Source of the DNA: an uncultured Phycisphaerales bacterium
GTDB taxonomy: Bacteria > Planctomycetota > Phycisphaerae > Tepidisphaerales > Tepidisphaeraceae
Reading direction: 5' to 3'
DNA: 64,000 nucleotides
Assembly (NCBI GenBank): GCA_963844715.1
Contig: CAWJPJ010000004.1
Span: forward strand, 160,001 to 224,000
Shown: one piece after another, positions 51,858 to 62,350 of the stretch
Layout of the letters: each line of letters opens with the position of its first letter
Numbering within the stretch: the stretch's first letter is position 1
The notes under the pieces: generated by a model
Databases searched by the model: none
What the model was told of the DNA's origin: nothing
Seen by the model: only the letters and a program-made list of their open reading frames with translations
Position numbers and translations under genes: made by a program

Positions 51858-52637
51858 ATGGCTCGCATTGAACTCCTTTTTTTGGGAACGGGAACATCCG
51901 CCGGGATTCCCATGATCGGGTGCCATTGCCCGGTCTGCACTTCCACCGATCCACATGATCAGCGGTTTCGGCCTTCGGTGGTGATTTCTTACGATCAGAC
52001 GCGGGTGCTGGTGGATACGACGCCGGAGCTGCGCTTGCAGTGCATCCGGTTTGGGGTCGAGAAGATCGACGCGGTGGTTTATACGCACGCCCATGCGGAT
52101 CACATCATGGGACTGGACGATGTGCGGCGGTTTAACGCTCTGCGCGGCGGGCCGCTGGATACTTGGGCGGATGATGCGACCCGGGCGGCGCTGGATCGTT
52201 GCTTTGGATACGCGTTCAATCCGCCCACGCCGGAGATGAGGGTTTTTCGCCCGCATCTGATCCGGCGGCGAATCGACGGGCCGTTCGAAATTGGCGGCAT
52301 GACCTGGACCCCCGTCCCGCTTATCCATGGGGATATGCCGATTTTGGGCTTTCGGGTGGGCTCCCTGGCTTATTGCACGGATGTCAGCCTCATTCCCGAG
52401 CCTTCGTTTGAAATTTTGCGGGGTTTGGACGTCTTGGTATTGGATGCGTTGCAGCATCGGAAGCACGCTACGCACTTTACTTTGGAGGAAGCCGTGGCGG
52501 CGGCGACGCGGATTGGGGCCAAGAGGACCTTCTTCACGCACATCGCCCACGGGCTGTCGCACGAGGCGACCAACGCGATGCTTCCGGAGAATATGCGATT
52601 GGCGTATGACGGGCTGGTTGTCAGTGTGAATGAGTAA
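51858..52637 (+). CDS. MBL-fold metallohydrolase, PhnP-like
   Basis: LGTGTSAGIP..GCHC.VC and THAHADHIMGLDD. Confidence 0.9.
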   Translation: MARIELLFLGTGTSAGIPMIGCHCPVCTSTDPHDQRFRPSVVISYDQTRVLVDTTPELRLQCIRFGVEKIDAVVYTHAHADHIMGLDDVRRFNALRGGPLDTWADDATRAALDRCFGYAFNPPTPEMRVFRPHLIRRRIDGPFEIGGMTWTPVPLIHGDMPILGFRVGSLAYCTDVSLIPEPSFEILRGLDVLVLDALQHRKHATHFTLEEAVAAATRIGAKRTFFTHIAHGLSHEATNAMLPENMRLAYDGLVVSVNE

Positions 52638-52655
52638 TCCGAACGAGCGGTCGCC

Positions 52656-53232
52656 ATGGTCTTTTTCATTCCCGGCCGGCGGGCGAAACGGATGGGGGTG
52701 GACGCGATGCAGGTCGGCCTCGTCGGGCAGACCTTTGGCGTCCTGATGATCCTGTTCAGTTATGACGCCAATACCGTTCCCGGTCTGGCTTGGGGCGGCA
52801 AGATCCTGGCGGTTCTGGGCACGTGCGTCCTGGTCGCCGGATGCAGGCGCTTCGCTCAATTTCGGCGGCGAAGCCCGTGGTGGGGAATTCTGGGATTCTT
52901 CAATATCGCGGGCGTGCTTGGCTTGCTCCTTATCCCGCGAGGCAGATCTACCGTCGGGTTTGATCTGATGGGGGAAGACCCACGCCGCGACGTTTGGAAA
53001 ATGGAGGTGCACGTCCAACTGCAAGATTTGCGTGAACCGGTTCTGCTGCATCTGCCGCGCGGGGCGAGCGTGGATGCGGCAATTCGGTCGCTCTCCCTGG
53101 CCCTGCCGCACCTGGAAGAGGGCCTGCGCAACGCGAAATTTCTAATTAACGGCAAGCCGGCGACAGCGCAGCGACGATCTGGCCGACCAGGATAAGCTCG
53201 AAATTGCAACTTCGGACCTGGACGGCGCATAG
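52656..53232 (+). CDS. Membrane protein with C-terminal ThiS/MoaD-like domain (end inferred across a frameshift)
   Basis: About 3 TM helices, then LPRGASV..FLINGK and, in the shifted frame, DDLADQDKLEI. Confidence 0.5.
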
Positions 53233-53360
53233 AATAGGTCAGGGCGTTTGCGGGGTTACCGCCCTTGACATCGGGTTCAGGGATCAGGACTCTATTCTGC
53301 CCGGAATCGTGAAGCGGGGGGTTAAGGCGGAGATGTAAGTAGGTTGCTCGAGGACCGCGC

Positions 53361-54312
53361 GTGATTGAAGTTCGAAATCTCAGCAAAATATACGGCCAGA
53401 CCTTGGCCGTGGATAATGTCTCCTTCACTGTCTCGAAGGGCCAGATCGTGGGGTTCCTGGGCCCCAACGGCGCGGGGAAATCGACCACGCTCAAAATGCT
53501 GACCTGCTATATCCCGCCGACCAGCGGGGGTGCTACGGTCAACGGGTTTGACATTTTCCATCAGTCGGAACAAGTCCGCGCCACGCTGGGATACCTGCCG
53601 GAAAATGTGCCGCTTTATGGTGAAATGAAGGTTCGCGATTATCTCGATTTCCGGGGCCGGCTGCGAAAAATGGAACGTGGCGTGCGGCGCTCGCGCATCG
53701 ATTACGTCATCGATCGCTGCTGGCTCACGGCGATGCAGCACAAAGCCATCGGGCATCTTTCCAAGGGTTATCGGCAGCGGGTGGGCCTGGCGGATTCGCT
53801 CCTGCACGACCCGCCGGTGCTGATTCTTGACGAGCCGACGGTCGGCCTGGACCCCGCGCAAATCCGCGAGACGCGAAAACTCATTCGCGAGCTGGGCGGG
53901 CAGCACACGGTTATTCTTTCCACGCACATTTTGCCGGAAGTCGAAGCGACCTGCGACCGGGCGATGGTGATTGCCCTGGGCCGCATCGTGGCCCAGGGAA
54001 CGCCGGATGAGCTGCGCGCCAGCCGAAGGTTGACGGCCCGGGTTCTGGTCGAATGCCGGGGCCCGCGAGGAAATCACCGCGGCTCTTTCGGCCTTACCGG
54101 GCGTGAGTCAGGTCGAAATTCTCAATGGTCAAACCGACGGCGTCGTTACCGCCGCCCTCAGCGCCAAGGAGGGGAATGACGTGCGCGAAGCCGCTGCCAA
54201 AGCGGTTCTCGATCACGGCTGGGGTTTGCGCGAAATGCGCCTGGAACGCGCGACGCTCGAGGAATTCTTCGTACAAGTGACCGCCGATCAGGCGGCGGGG
54301 CGTTTGCAATAA
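53361..54312 (+). CDS. ABC transporter ATP-binding protein, GldA-like (frameshifted)
   Basis: GPNGAGKST, LSKGYRQR and ILDEPT. Confidence 0.92.
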
Positions 54313-54317
54313 TTCTT

Positions 54318-55037
54318 ATGACGCGTTCACTCACCATCGCTCGCCGGGAACTCAGCAGCTACTTCTGCTCGCCGATCGCTTATGTCGTCATGGCGGTTTT
54401 TCTGCTGACTTGCGGATTCCTGTTCTGGGACGATTTTCAGCCCGGACAGATCGCCGGGATGCGGAATCTGTTTGACTGGATGGTCTGGATGCTCGTCTGG
54501 GCGGTCCCGGTCATTTCCATGGGCCTCCTCGCCCAGGAATGGGCCACCGGCACGATCGAGACTTTGATGACCGTCCCGATCAACGAAACGGACGTGGTCC
54601 TGGGCAAATTCCTCGGGTCGTTCGGATTTTTCGCGGTATTGCTCCTTCCGACGCTGCTTTATGTTGAGGTTTTGTCCCTTTTTTCCATCCCCGGGATCGA
54701 TCTTGGGCCGATTGTGAGCGGTTATCTGGGCATCATTCTCGTCGGGGCGCTCTTTATCGCGATCGGTTTGTTCTGCTCGTCGCTGACCAAGAGCCAGGTC
54801 GTTGCCGCCGTCGCGGCGGCCGCGGTTTTGTTCATCATTACCATCGCCCCCTGGTGGGTCAGCGGGAAGATCCTTTCCGATTTCTGGATTCGGGTCGTCA
54901 ATCAGACGGTCTATAAGCGTTACACGGATTTCTCGCGCGGCGTGATCGACTCGGGGAACCTTGTCTTTTTCGTGGCGACGACCGCGGTGTTCCTGTTCCT
55001 GACCATCAAGGTTCTAGAATTGCGCAGGTGGAAATAA
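54318..55037 (+). CDS. ABC-2 permease, GldF-like
   Basis: RRELSSYF.SPIAY, GTIETLMT.P and VLGKF. Confidence 0.88.
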   Translation: MTRSLTIARRELSSYFCSPIAYVVMAVFLLTCGFLFWDDFQPGQIAGMRNLFDWMVWMLVWAVPVISMGLLAQEWATGTIETLMTVPINETDVVLGKFLGSFGFFAVLLLPTLLYVEVLSLFSIPGIDLGPIVSGYLGIILVGALFIAIGLFCSSLTKSQVVAAVAAAAVLFIITIAPWWVSGKILSDFWIRVVNQTVYKRYTDFSRGVIDSGNLVFFVATTAVFLFLTIKVLELRRWK

Positions 55038-55039
55038 TC

Positions 55040-57187
55040 GTGAGCGAGATGCCCAAACAATTCGTGCCGACGTCGCAGGGCCGCCGCTGGATCAAATACG
55101 GCGCCAACGTGGTGATCTCGAGCGTGGTGGTCATCGCCCTGGCGGTCGTGGCCACCGCGATCGCGCAAACTCATGCCCGGCGTATCGACACCACCATCGG
55201 CGCTTCCCAGAGCCTGCGCCCGCAAACGCTCAATTACATCCAAAACGACTTGCATTCCGACGTGCACATCGTCGCGCTCTATCCCAAGCTGAAGAGCGAA
55301 TCGCACGAGCAGGATTTTTATCAGCCGGTCGCGGATCTTTTGAACGATTATGCCACCAAGGGTCGGCACATCACGGTCGAGATGCTCGATCCGGACACCC
55401 AAAAGGATCAGGTGAACGATCTGATCAACGATGTGACCCGGCGATTTGGCGGCGAGGTCAAGGGATACAAGGATGTGCTGGCCGATCTGCCCGCCCAGAG
55501 CGACATCCTGAATAAATTCGCGAACAATGAAGCTGCGCTCTTTCGCAAGCTTCCGGGCGATCAGGTGCACGACTCGAATCTCCAGCAGGCTCTTTACGTG
55601 GCTTACCCGTCGCTGACGGCTATCCCCAAGGCGCTGAGCGATCTGAGCCACATTGTGGATGCCGATGTCAATCAGCAGGTTCCCAGTTACAAGCGGGCGA
55701 TTGGGGAAGTGCGCGATACTTACTCGAGCATCTCGCAGGTCCTGGACCTGTTCACGGGGATGCTCGATCAGGTCAAAGTGGCGCCGGCGGTTCCCAAGGA
55801 GATCCTCGACTACATTCCCGGCGCCGAGGCCCGTGCCGCGGATGCCAAAAAGGTCGCCCAGGCGATGCTCGATCGGATTGGCAAGCTGCCGGAGTTGAAG
55901 GAACTGGACGATTTCCGCGATCAGCTCCGCAGCAAGTCGATCATCATCACGACCGATTCGGGATATAAAATCCTGCAGTTCGACCAGGTCTGGAAGCTGC
56001 CCGAAGGAAGCATTTTTGCCGCCGCCGATTCGGACGTTCCGCCGCGATTGATCTTTTCCGGGGAGCAGCAGATCAGCTCCGCGATTTTGGCGCTCACGTC
56101 CCACAAGCCGATGGTGATATTCGTTCGTCCCGGCGGACCGACGATTACCTCAAGCATGAACGGCAGCCCGGCGATGTTCAGCTCGGTTGCCGATCGTCTT
56201 CGCGACTACAACTTCGAGGTCCGCGAGGATGACGCGACCGGGAAGTCGGCGATGATCGGCACCAATCCGACCCTCGAAGAGATGAAAGAGGCGGTCTGGG
56301 TGATCGTGCGCGATCCGCGCAATCCGGCGTCCGAATCGGAAGCGCCCATCAATGCGTTGCTACTGAAGCACCTGCAGGAGGGAGGGTCCGCGATCCTGCT
56401 GCTCTTCCCCACGACCGACCCCACGTCGGCGGCGCTCAATTATATGGGGCTGGGTGTGAACACCGACGACGTCATCGTTCACGAAGCGCTCGCCTCGACG
56501 GGCCGGCGAAGCAACGACATGGTCGATTCCGCCATGCAAAGCAGCCAATTGTTTTACCTGTTGAACCATTACGGCGATCACCCGATCGCCCGGCCGCTGG
56601 AAGGATTGCCTTTTCTCAATGCGGCATCGTGCCCGATTTCCATTCTTTCGGACACTTCGCCGGGCGTAAAGGTGACGGGTCTTTTGCCGATTCCGCAAAC
56701 GCCGCATTACTGGGCCGCCTCGGGGGCCATGACCCTTTTGCAACCGCAGGCGCAGGCGTTGAACTTTAACCCCGAGCCTGATCCCGCCAACGGCCGGGAC
56801 ACGGGCGATATCGACAACACGCCCGAACATCCGCTTTATGGGGCGGCCGCGTCGGAGAACAAATCGGGCGCGCGTCTGGTGGTGGTCGGCAGCTACTGGT
56901 TCGCCAGTTCCGAGCCGGTCGATCTTCCCGATGTCGATATGCTGGAAAAGCATGGCGTCACCATCACCCGCCTGCCCGGAAACGGGGAATTCTTCGTCGA
57001 CTCGATCTTCTGGCTGAGCCACATGGACGACATGCTGGTCATCAGCCCGCATGCGTTGCAGGTGGCGCGCATCGGGGATATGTCGAACGGACAATTGCGA
57101 TTCTGGCGTCTGGGCGTTTTAACCGCCGGGCTACCGCTGGCGGTGATTGTGGCGGGTTTGATGGTTTATGTTCGCCGCCGCGATTAA
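55040..57187 (+). CDS. GldG-like ABC auxiliary protein
   Basis: N- and C-terminal TM helices, HPIARPL, RLVVVGS and N.EFFVDSIFWL. Confidence 0.75.
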   Translation: MSEMPKQFVPTSQGRRWIKYGANVVISSVVVIALAVVATAIAQTHARRIDTTIGASQSLRPQTLNYIQNDLHSDVHIVALYPKLKSESHEQDFYQPVADLLNDYATKGRHITVEMLDPDTQKDQVNDLINDVTRRFGGEVKGYKDVLADLPAQSDILNKFANNEAALFRKLPGDQVHDSNLQQALYVAYPSLTAIPKALSDLSHIVDADVNQQVPSYKRAIGEVRDTYSSISQVLDLFTGMLDQVKVAPAVPKEILDYIPGAEARAADAKKVAQAMLDRIGKLPELKELDDFRDQLRSKSIIITTDSGYKILQFDQVWKLPEGSIFAAADSDVPPRLIFSGEQQISSAILALTSHKPMVIFVRPGGPTITSSMNGSPAMFSSVADRLRDYNFEVREDDATGKSAMIGTNPTLEEMKEAVWVIVRDPRNPASESEAPINALLLKHLQEGGSAILLLFPTTDPTSAALNYMGLGVNTDDVIVHEALASTGRRSNDMVDSAMQSSQLFYLLNHYGDHPIARPLEGLPFLNAASCPISILSDTSPGVKVTGLLPIPQTPHYWAASGAMTLLQPQAQALNFNPEPDPANGRDTGDIDNTPEHPLYGAAASENKSGARLVVVGSYWFASSEPVDLPDVDMLEKHGVTITRLPGNGEFFVDSIFWLSHMDDMLVISPHALQVARIGDMSNGQLRFWRLGVLTAGLPLAVIVAGLMVYVRRRD

Positions 57188-57229
57188 GTAGAGGGCATCA
57201 ATTTCAGCCGCCGATTGGCGGTTTTCCGA

Positions 57230-58687
57230 ATGAACTTCAAAACCACGGGCATTCTCATTCTGGCGCTGGTCGGGCTTCTTGGCTACTATTTTTGGAGCCA
57301 GGCGGGCGTCAAGCCCGTGACTATTCCGGTCACTCAAGGCATCTCCGCGGTCGGGGAAGGGAGGGTGCTCTTTCCCTTCAACGCGCTGAACGTCGATCGC
57401 ATTTCGATCCTCCCGCGCGACGGGAAGCGGACCACGATCGAGCGAGTCCACAACATCTGGACGATGACTGAGCCGGTCCAGGCGCCCGCGGCTGAACAGC
57501 CGGCCCTCGCCATGGTGGATGCTCTGTTGCAGCTTCGCTCGCGCGGACAGCCGGAAAGCGATCCCGGAACGGGCAGCGGTCTGGCCAATCCCCTCTATCG
57601 CGTGGAAATTCATACCAACGACGGGAAGACCTCGACCCTGGTCATTGGCGATAAAGCGGGCATGGGTGATCTGCTCTACGCGCAAGTCGATGGCGGGGAG
57701 ATCGATCTGATCGACGGGACAACCGCCACCGCGCTCGATGAGGCGGAAACCGGACTGCGCGACCCGCATCTGCTCCGTTTCAATCGCGAGGCGATCAGGC
57801 AAATTGAACTTGACAGAGACGACTTGCACTTGGTTTTGGGAGATTTCGGCGGCCAGTGGAAAATCGTGCGGCCGCAGAACCTACCGGCGGATGAGGACAC
57901 CGTACAGAATATGCTGGCCAATATTGGCGACGTCTCGGCTACGGAATTTGTCGATCCGGGTTCGGATGAATTGGCTTACGCGCGGTTCGATCATCCGATG
58001 ATGGTGCTGCGGCTCAGCACGCGGCCGCCCGCGACGCAGCCGGCGACGGCGCCTTCGGACCTGGTTCTGACGTTCGGCGCGCCCGACAGCCTGGTGAAGG
58101 ATCACTACTTCGTGCGGACGGGGGATGGGGTATTCGCCAAGGTGAGCAGCACCGTGGTCGACGGCCTTGCCGGCACGACTGTTCTTGCCATGCGCGACCG
58201 CCGGCTTGCGTCGATTGCGCCGGACAGCGTGACCGATATACGAATCACGACCTCTACGTACCCCGTTTCCGAACCCGGATCGGCGCAGCCTGTATCCTCG
58301 GCGCCGATCGAGCAAGTGGTGACGGAACTGCGTCGCTCCGCCATGCCTGCACAGGGGCCGAGCACTCATCCATCCCGTCCGTTCGCGGAATGGCAATTTG
58401 TGACCCAGCCGGCCGGTCCTGTCGATGTGAGCAAAGTGGAGGCGTTTCTCGCGGCGTTTCAGCCGCTCCGGGCCGAGAATTTCATCGATGCCGCCACGGG
58501 GCCGCTGCTGAAGAAGTATTCGATCGTGCTGACGACTTCGTCGCGGCAATTTCAACTCGACGTTGAAATGCGTTCGGGGAGCGATCAAGCCGATGCGACT
58601 TTTAATGGGCTGGTGTTCCTGGTTTCCGGGGAATTGCAGGATGCTTTGATGGGGGACTTTCATCAGATGCCGGGCGAGATGCAATGA
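57230..58687 (+). CDS. DUF4340-domain protein
   Basis: N-terminal anchor; repeated W.M..P / GL..P / LRD units; typical position after GldG-like gene. Confidence 0.7.
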   Translation: MNFKTTGILILALVGLLGYYFWSQAGVKPVTIPVTQGISAVGEGRVLFPFNALNVDRISILPRDGKRTTIERVHNIWTMTEPVQAPAAEQPALAMVDALLQLRSRGQPESDPGTGSGLANPLYRVEIHTNDGKTSTLVIGDKAGMGDLLYAQVDGGEIDLIDGTTATALDEAETGLRDPHLLRFNREAIRQIELDRDDLHLVLGDFGGQWKIVRPQNLPADEDTVQNMLANIGDVSATEFVDPGSDELAYARFDHPMMVLRLSTRPPATQPATAPSDLVLTFGAPDSLVKDHYFVRTGDGVFAKVSSTVVDGLAGTTVLAMRDRRLASIAPDSVTDIRITTSTYPVSEPGSAQPVSSAPIEQVVTELRRSAMPAQGPSTHPSRPFAEWQFVTQPAGPVDVSKVEAFLAAFQPLRAENFIDAATGPLLKKYSIVLTTSSRQFQLDVEMRSGSDQADATFNGLVFLVSGELQDALMGDFHQMPGEMQ

Positions 58688-59085
58688 AGCGATCGCTCGC
58701 CAAGCTCGGCAGCCGCACGATCCTGACGGAGAGGCAGATCGCGTCGCCGCGCTCGATTCTCGAATCTTTTCCTAATCCGAAGCCGGGGCGGAATTACGAG
58801 ATAAAGTTTGTTTTTCCGGAATTTACCAGCGTTTGCCCCGTGACGGGACAGCCGGATTTTGCGACCATTACGATCGTTTATGTTCCCCGGCGCCTTTGCG
58901 TGGAAATGAAGAGCCTGAAGCTCTATTTCTTTGCGTATCGGAACAAGGGAATTTTTTATGAGGCGGCGGTGAACGGGATTCTCGACGACCTGGTTGTGGT
59001 ACTGAGGCCGAAGTCGATGACGGTGGTCGGGCAGTTCGCCGTGCGCGGCGGGACCGCCGGGACGATCACGGCAAGCTATCCTTAA
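58684..59085 (+). CDS. queF: NADPH-dependent preQ0 reductase (type I)
   Basis: EFTSVCPVTGQPDFA and EMKSLKLY. Confidence 0.95.
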   Translation: MKRSLAKLGSRTILTERQIASPRSILESFPNPKPGRNYEIKFVFPEFTSVCPVTGQPDFATITIVYVPRRLCVEMKSLKLYFFAYRNKGIFYEAAVNGILDDLVVVLRPKSMTVVGQFAVRGGTAGTITASYP

Positions 59086-59097
59086 GGACGGGAGATC

Positions 59098-60252
59098 ATG
59101 ACACAATCGCTTCCACCGGGGCAAGGTCCGGTCGATCCGCGCGGCGCTTTGGGAATGCCGCCGCCCCCGGGCGGCGGCCCCAGCGTGCCGCGGCCGCCGT
59201 GGTTGCCGGGGGCGCCGCCTCCGGGATATATGCCGATGATGCCGCCGCCTGCGCCATTGCGCGGCGGGCTGGGGCGCTGGGTCCTCATCCTCTTTCTCTT
59301 CATCGCGCTGGTTATCTCCCTGCTGTTCAATTTCGCCGAGCTTGGCAGCGCCCTGGGCGTTGGGAATGTCAGGGAAACGACCCTTATCGCCGGCGACTCG
59401 CAAACCAAAGTCGCGGTTGTTCCCATCGACGGGCTGATCCTCGGCGCATCCGCCGATTCGCTGGACCAGGTGCTGCGCTACGTTGAAAAAGACTCGACTG
59501 TTAAGGCCCTGGTTCTGGACATCAATACTCCAGGCGGGGACGCAGCGGCTTCGGATGAGATGTATCATCGCGTGCTTCAGTTCAAGCAAACCGAGAAAGA
59601 CGCGGGGCGGAACGTGCCGGTCGTTGTCGCGATGCAGGGGATGGCCACCAGCGGGGGGTACTACGTTTCCTGCGCGGGCGATTATCTGATTGCCGAGCCT
59701 ATCTGTCTGACGGGAAACATCGGCGTGCTGCTACCGGCCTTCAATGTCAGCAAGCTGGTGGACGAACACGGGATCGAGGAGACGACTCTTGTCGCGACGA
59801 CTACGGGGCATTCGTTTAAGAACGCCGGGTCGATGTTCAAGCCGGTCAACGCTGAGGATGAGGCTTATCTTCAGGGGATTGTCGATGGGCTGTTCGCACA
59901 GTTTAAAAACGCCGTGGAAACCGGCCGGGCTGGAAAACTCAAGGACACCGAGGGTGACATCTTCAGCGGCAAGGCCTTCATCGCCCAGGACGCGAAGACG
60001 CGCGGGCTGATCGACCAGATCGATTACCCGGAGAAGGCGTATGACTACGCGGCGCAGCTCGCCGGCGTGACCAATAAAGAGGTCGTGCAATACACGCCGC
60101 GGGTTTCTTTGTTGGATATGTTCGACAGTAAATCGACGCTGCCGGCGGGGAAGGCGGTGGGGACTATTTCGTCGACCGGCGTCACGATCGATTCGAAATC
60201 GCTGATCGACTTGATCTGCGCTCGTCCGCTCATGCTTTGGCGGGCGAATTAA
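59098..60252 (+). CDS. sppA: Signal peptide peptidase SppA (S49)
   Basis: INTPGG, ATSGGYY and TGNIGV. Confidence 0.9.
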   Translation: MTQSLPPGQGPVDPRGALGMPPPPGGGPSVPRPPWLPGAPPPGYMPMMPPPAPLRGGLGRWVLILFLFIALVISLLFNFAELGSALGVGNVRETTLIAGDSQTKVAVVPIDGLILGASADSLDQVLRYVEKDSTVKALVLDINTPGGDAAASDEMYHRVLQFKQTEKDAGRNVPVVVAMQGMATSGGYYVSCAGDYLIAEPICLTGNIGVLLPAFNVSKLVDEHGIEETTLVATTTGHSFKNAGSMFKPVNAEDEAYLQGIVDGLFAQFKNAVETGRAGKLKDTEGDIFSGKAFIAQDAKTRGLIDQIDYPEKAYDYAAQLAGVTNKEVVQYTPRVSLLDMFDSKSTLPAGKAVGTISSTGVTIDSKSLIDLICARPLMLWRAN

Positions 60253-60261
60253 TATCGGCGC

Positions 60262-60292
60262 AAAAAAAATCCCGGGAAGCAAGCTTCCCGGG
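60262..60292 (-). terminator. Intrinsic terminator between convergent genes
   Basis: A7 run next to the hairpin cccgggaag-caag-cttcccggg. Confidence 0.7.
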
Positions 60293-60316
60293 CTTCGCTG
60301 AAAGCGATGGGGCTGC

Positions 60317-60793
60317 TTACATCACCAAGATTCCTGAGCGAATCAGATGGGCCAGGCGGGTGCGCTGCTCTGGATTGAGCATGGCGTGCATCTGTTCCAG
60401 GGCGTGGACGACCGTGGCGCCGAGCTTCTGATTGCTCTGCACGCGCCGGTCGCGGGCGGAGGCGGCTTTGGCGGCGTCGAACTGATCGCCGGCAAAGGCG
60501 TCGGCGAATTCGCCGAGCGTGCGGCGTTCATCGACGGCGGATTCGGCGCGCTCGGTTTTCAACTCGCCGAGGATTTTGCCCAGTTCGACGATCTGGTTCT
60601 CGTCGAGCTGAAGTTTTTCGGCCAGAAACCGCAGGGGGCGGCGGACGCCGAAACTTCCGCCGGGGCCGAAATTCTCCTCGCCGGGAAACGGCGGCATAAA
60701 ACCTCCCCAGGCAAAATTGCCGGGAAATGAAAGGGACTCGCGTGGATCGAAGTCGGAACGGGCGCGGCGACGAGCCGCAAAGGCGTGACACAT
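60317..60793 (-). CDS. Spy/CpxP-like protein
   Basis: LQLDENQ and MLNPEQR (LTxxQ-type motifs). Confidence 0.7.
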   Translation of the reverse strand: MCHAFAARRRARSDFDPRESLSFPGNFAWGGFMPPFPGEENFGPGGSFGVRRPLRFLAEKLQLDENQIVELGKILGELKTERAESAVDERRTLGEFADAFAGDQFDAAKAASARDRRVQSNQKLGATVVHALEQMHAMLNPEQRTRLAHLIRSGILVM

Positions 60794-61083
60794 ATGAACT
60801 CCTTCTCGCCGGGGGGAAATTCCGCCGGCGGGGAAAATGGGCGTGGGCGACATGCCTCACGCGATGGGTGATGGTAGGCAGCCGGGGACGGAATTACAAT
60901 TTTCTGCAAGATCGGATTAAATTTGAAAAAATGCCACCCCCATTTTGTCGCGGCTTGAATTGCAAATGGATGGGATTTCCGGCGAGGTCTTGGCGGAGCC
61001 TGGAGTTGCGGGGGTTGTTGGATGTTTAATATATTCTGCTCGGATTGCCCGAGTCGCCTGGATTGGCGGAAGACGAGGCGTAA

Positions 61084-62298
61084 ATGGGAGTATTTCGAGC
61101 GGGGATAATAATTCCGGGGATTATTTATTTTTGGATTCGGGTTTATTCGCGCCGGCCCGATTTCGACGGTCCGTGGTTGAACCGGACCGTCACGCGCCTG
61201 CTGCTTGTATTGACGGGATCTTCCTGTTTGCTGGTCTCCGCCGGTTGCGCCGTCCACAGCGAGACAAAGCCAAGTGGGAGTTATCCCACGTCAAAGGCGC
61301 CTGACGATTGGATTGCCGTCGGTTTACCAGACGATGTCGGCATGGACTCGCTGAAACTCGATGGGCTAATTCAGAAAACTCAGCGCGGCGACTTCAAGAA
61401 TATTCACAGCATTCTTGTCATTAAAGACGGCAAGCTGGTCGTTGAGCAATACTTCAACGGGTTTCATCGCGGCGATCTGGAGACGCTTCGATCGGCGACC
61501 AAGAGCATCACTTCGATTCTGGTTGGAATCGCGATCGACAAGGGGCTTATCTCAAGTGTCAATGAGCGCATCGAGAGATTTTTTCCCGAGTACGCCCAAT
61601 CCTGGGACGAGCGTAAACGCCCCATAACCGTCAGGGATTTGCTCACTATGACGGCAGGATTCGATTGGGACCAGTCCTCGCTCGCCAATCCGGGTGATCC
61701 GAGCAACCATGGGTCCGAAAGTGAGATGGAGCGCAGCGACGACATGATCAAATTCGTCCTGCAACGCCCCATGCGCGATATTCCGGGTACGAGATTCGAA
61801 TACAACAGCGGCGCCACGATTCTTCTGGCCGGAATCCTTCAGAAATCGTCCGGGATGCAAGTCGATGAGTTTGCCCGGCGGAATCTATTTGCGCCGTTGG
61901 GTATCGAGCGAGTGGACTGGTGGCGGCAAAAACGCGATGGAATGCCGCTCACGCATGCGGGGCTTTTTCTTCGCCCCATAGACATGGCCAAAATCGGCTA
62001 TTTGGTTCTCAACGACGGGAAATGGAACGGGCGGCAGATTGTTTCCGAGCAATGGATTTCCCAGTCCACGGCTCCGTCGCTCAATCCCCGTTACGGATAC
62101 CAATGGTGGCTTGACTCTTTTCGCGCGCGTGGGAATGGCGTCAAATCAATCCAGGCGGAGGGAAATGGAGGCGAATACATTTTCATCCTCCGCAAGTTGA
62201 ACATGGTGGTGGTTATAACTGGAGCAAATTTCGATTCGGAGTTGGGAAAGCAGCCCTTTAAGATGTTGACTCACTACATACTGGCCAGCGTTCGTTAG
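61084..62298 (+). CDS. Serine hydrolase, beta-lactamase family
   Basis: SATKS (SxxK), LLTMTAG, PGTRFEYNS and YGYQWW; true start probably downstream. Confidence 0.88.
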   Translation: MGVFRAGIIIPGIIYFWIRVYSRRPDFDGPWLNRTVTRLLLVLTGSSCLLVSAGCAVHSETKPSGSYPTSKAPDDWIAVGLPDDVGMDSLKLDGLIQKTQRGDFKNIHSILVIKDGKLVVEQYFNGFHRGDLETLRSATKSITSILVGIAIDKGLISSVNERIERFFPEYAQSWDERKRPITVRDLLTMTAGFDWDQSSLANPGDPSNHGSESEMERSDDMIKFVLQRPMRDIPGTRFEYNSGATILLAGILQKSSGMQVDEFARRNLFAPLGIERVDWWRQKRDGMPLTHAGLFLRPIDMAKIGYLVLNDGKWNGRQIVSEQWISQSTAPSLNPRYGYQWWLDSFRARGNGVKSIQAEGNGGEYIFILRKLNMVVVITGANFDSELGKQPFKMLTHYILASVR

Positions 62299-62350
62299 CT
62301 GAGCCCGTGACGATCGGTGATATCCTGTCGACGGGTCCGTGGGATCGAGG

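Noticed and set aside
53361..58687. Bacteroidetes-type gliding motility system
   Set aside because: GldA/F/G-like ABC operons are widespread, and no other gld/spr genes are present
61084..62298. Antibiotic-resistance beta-lactamase
   Set aside because: Has SxxK but lacks the KTG triad (AEG instead); a generic serine hydrolase
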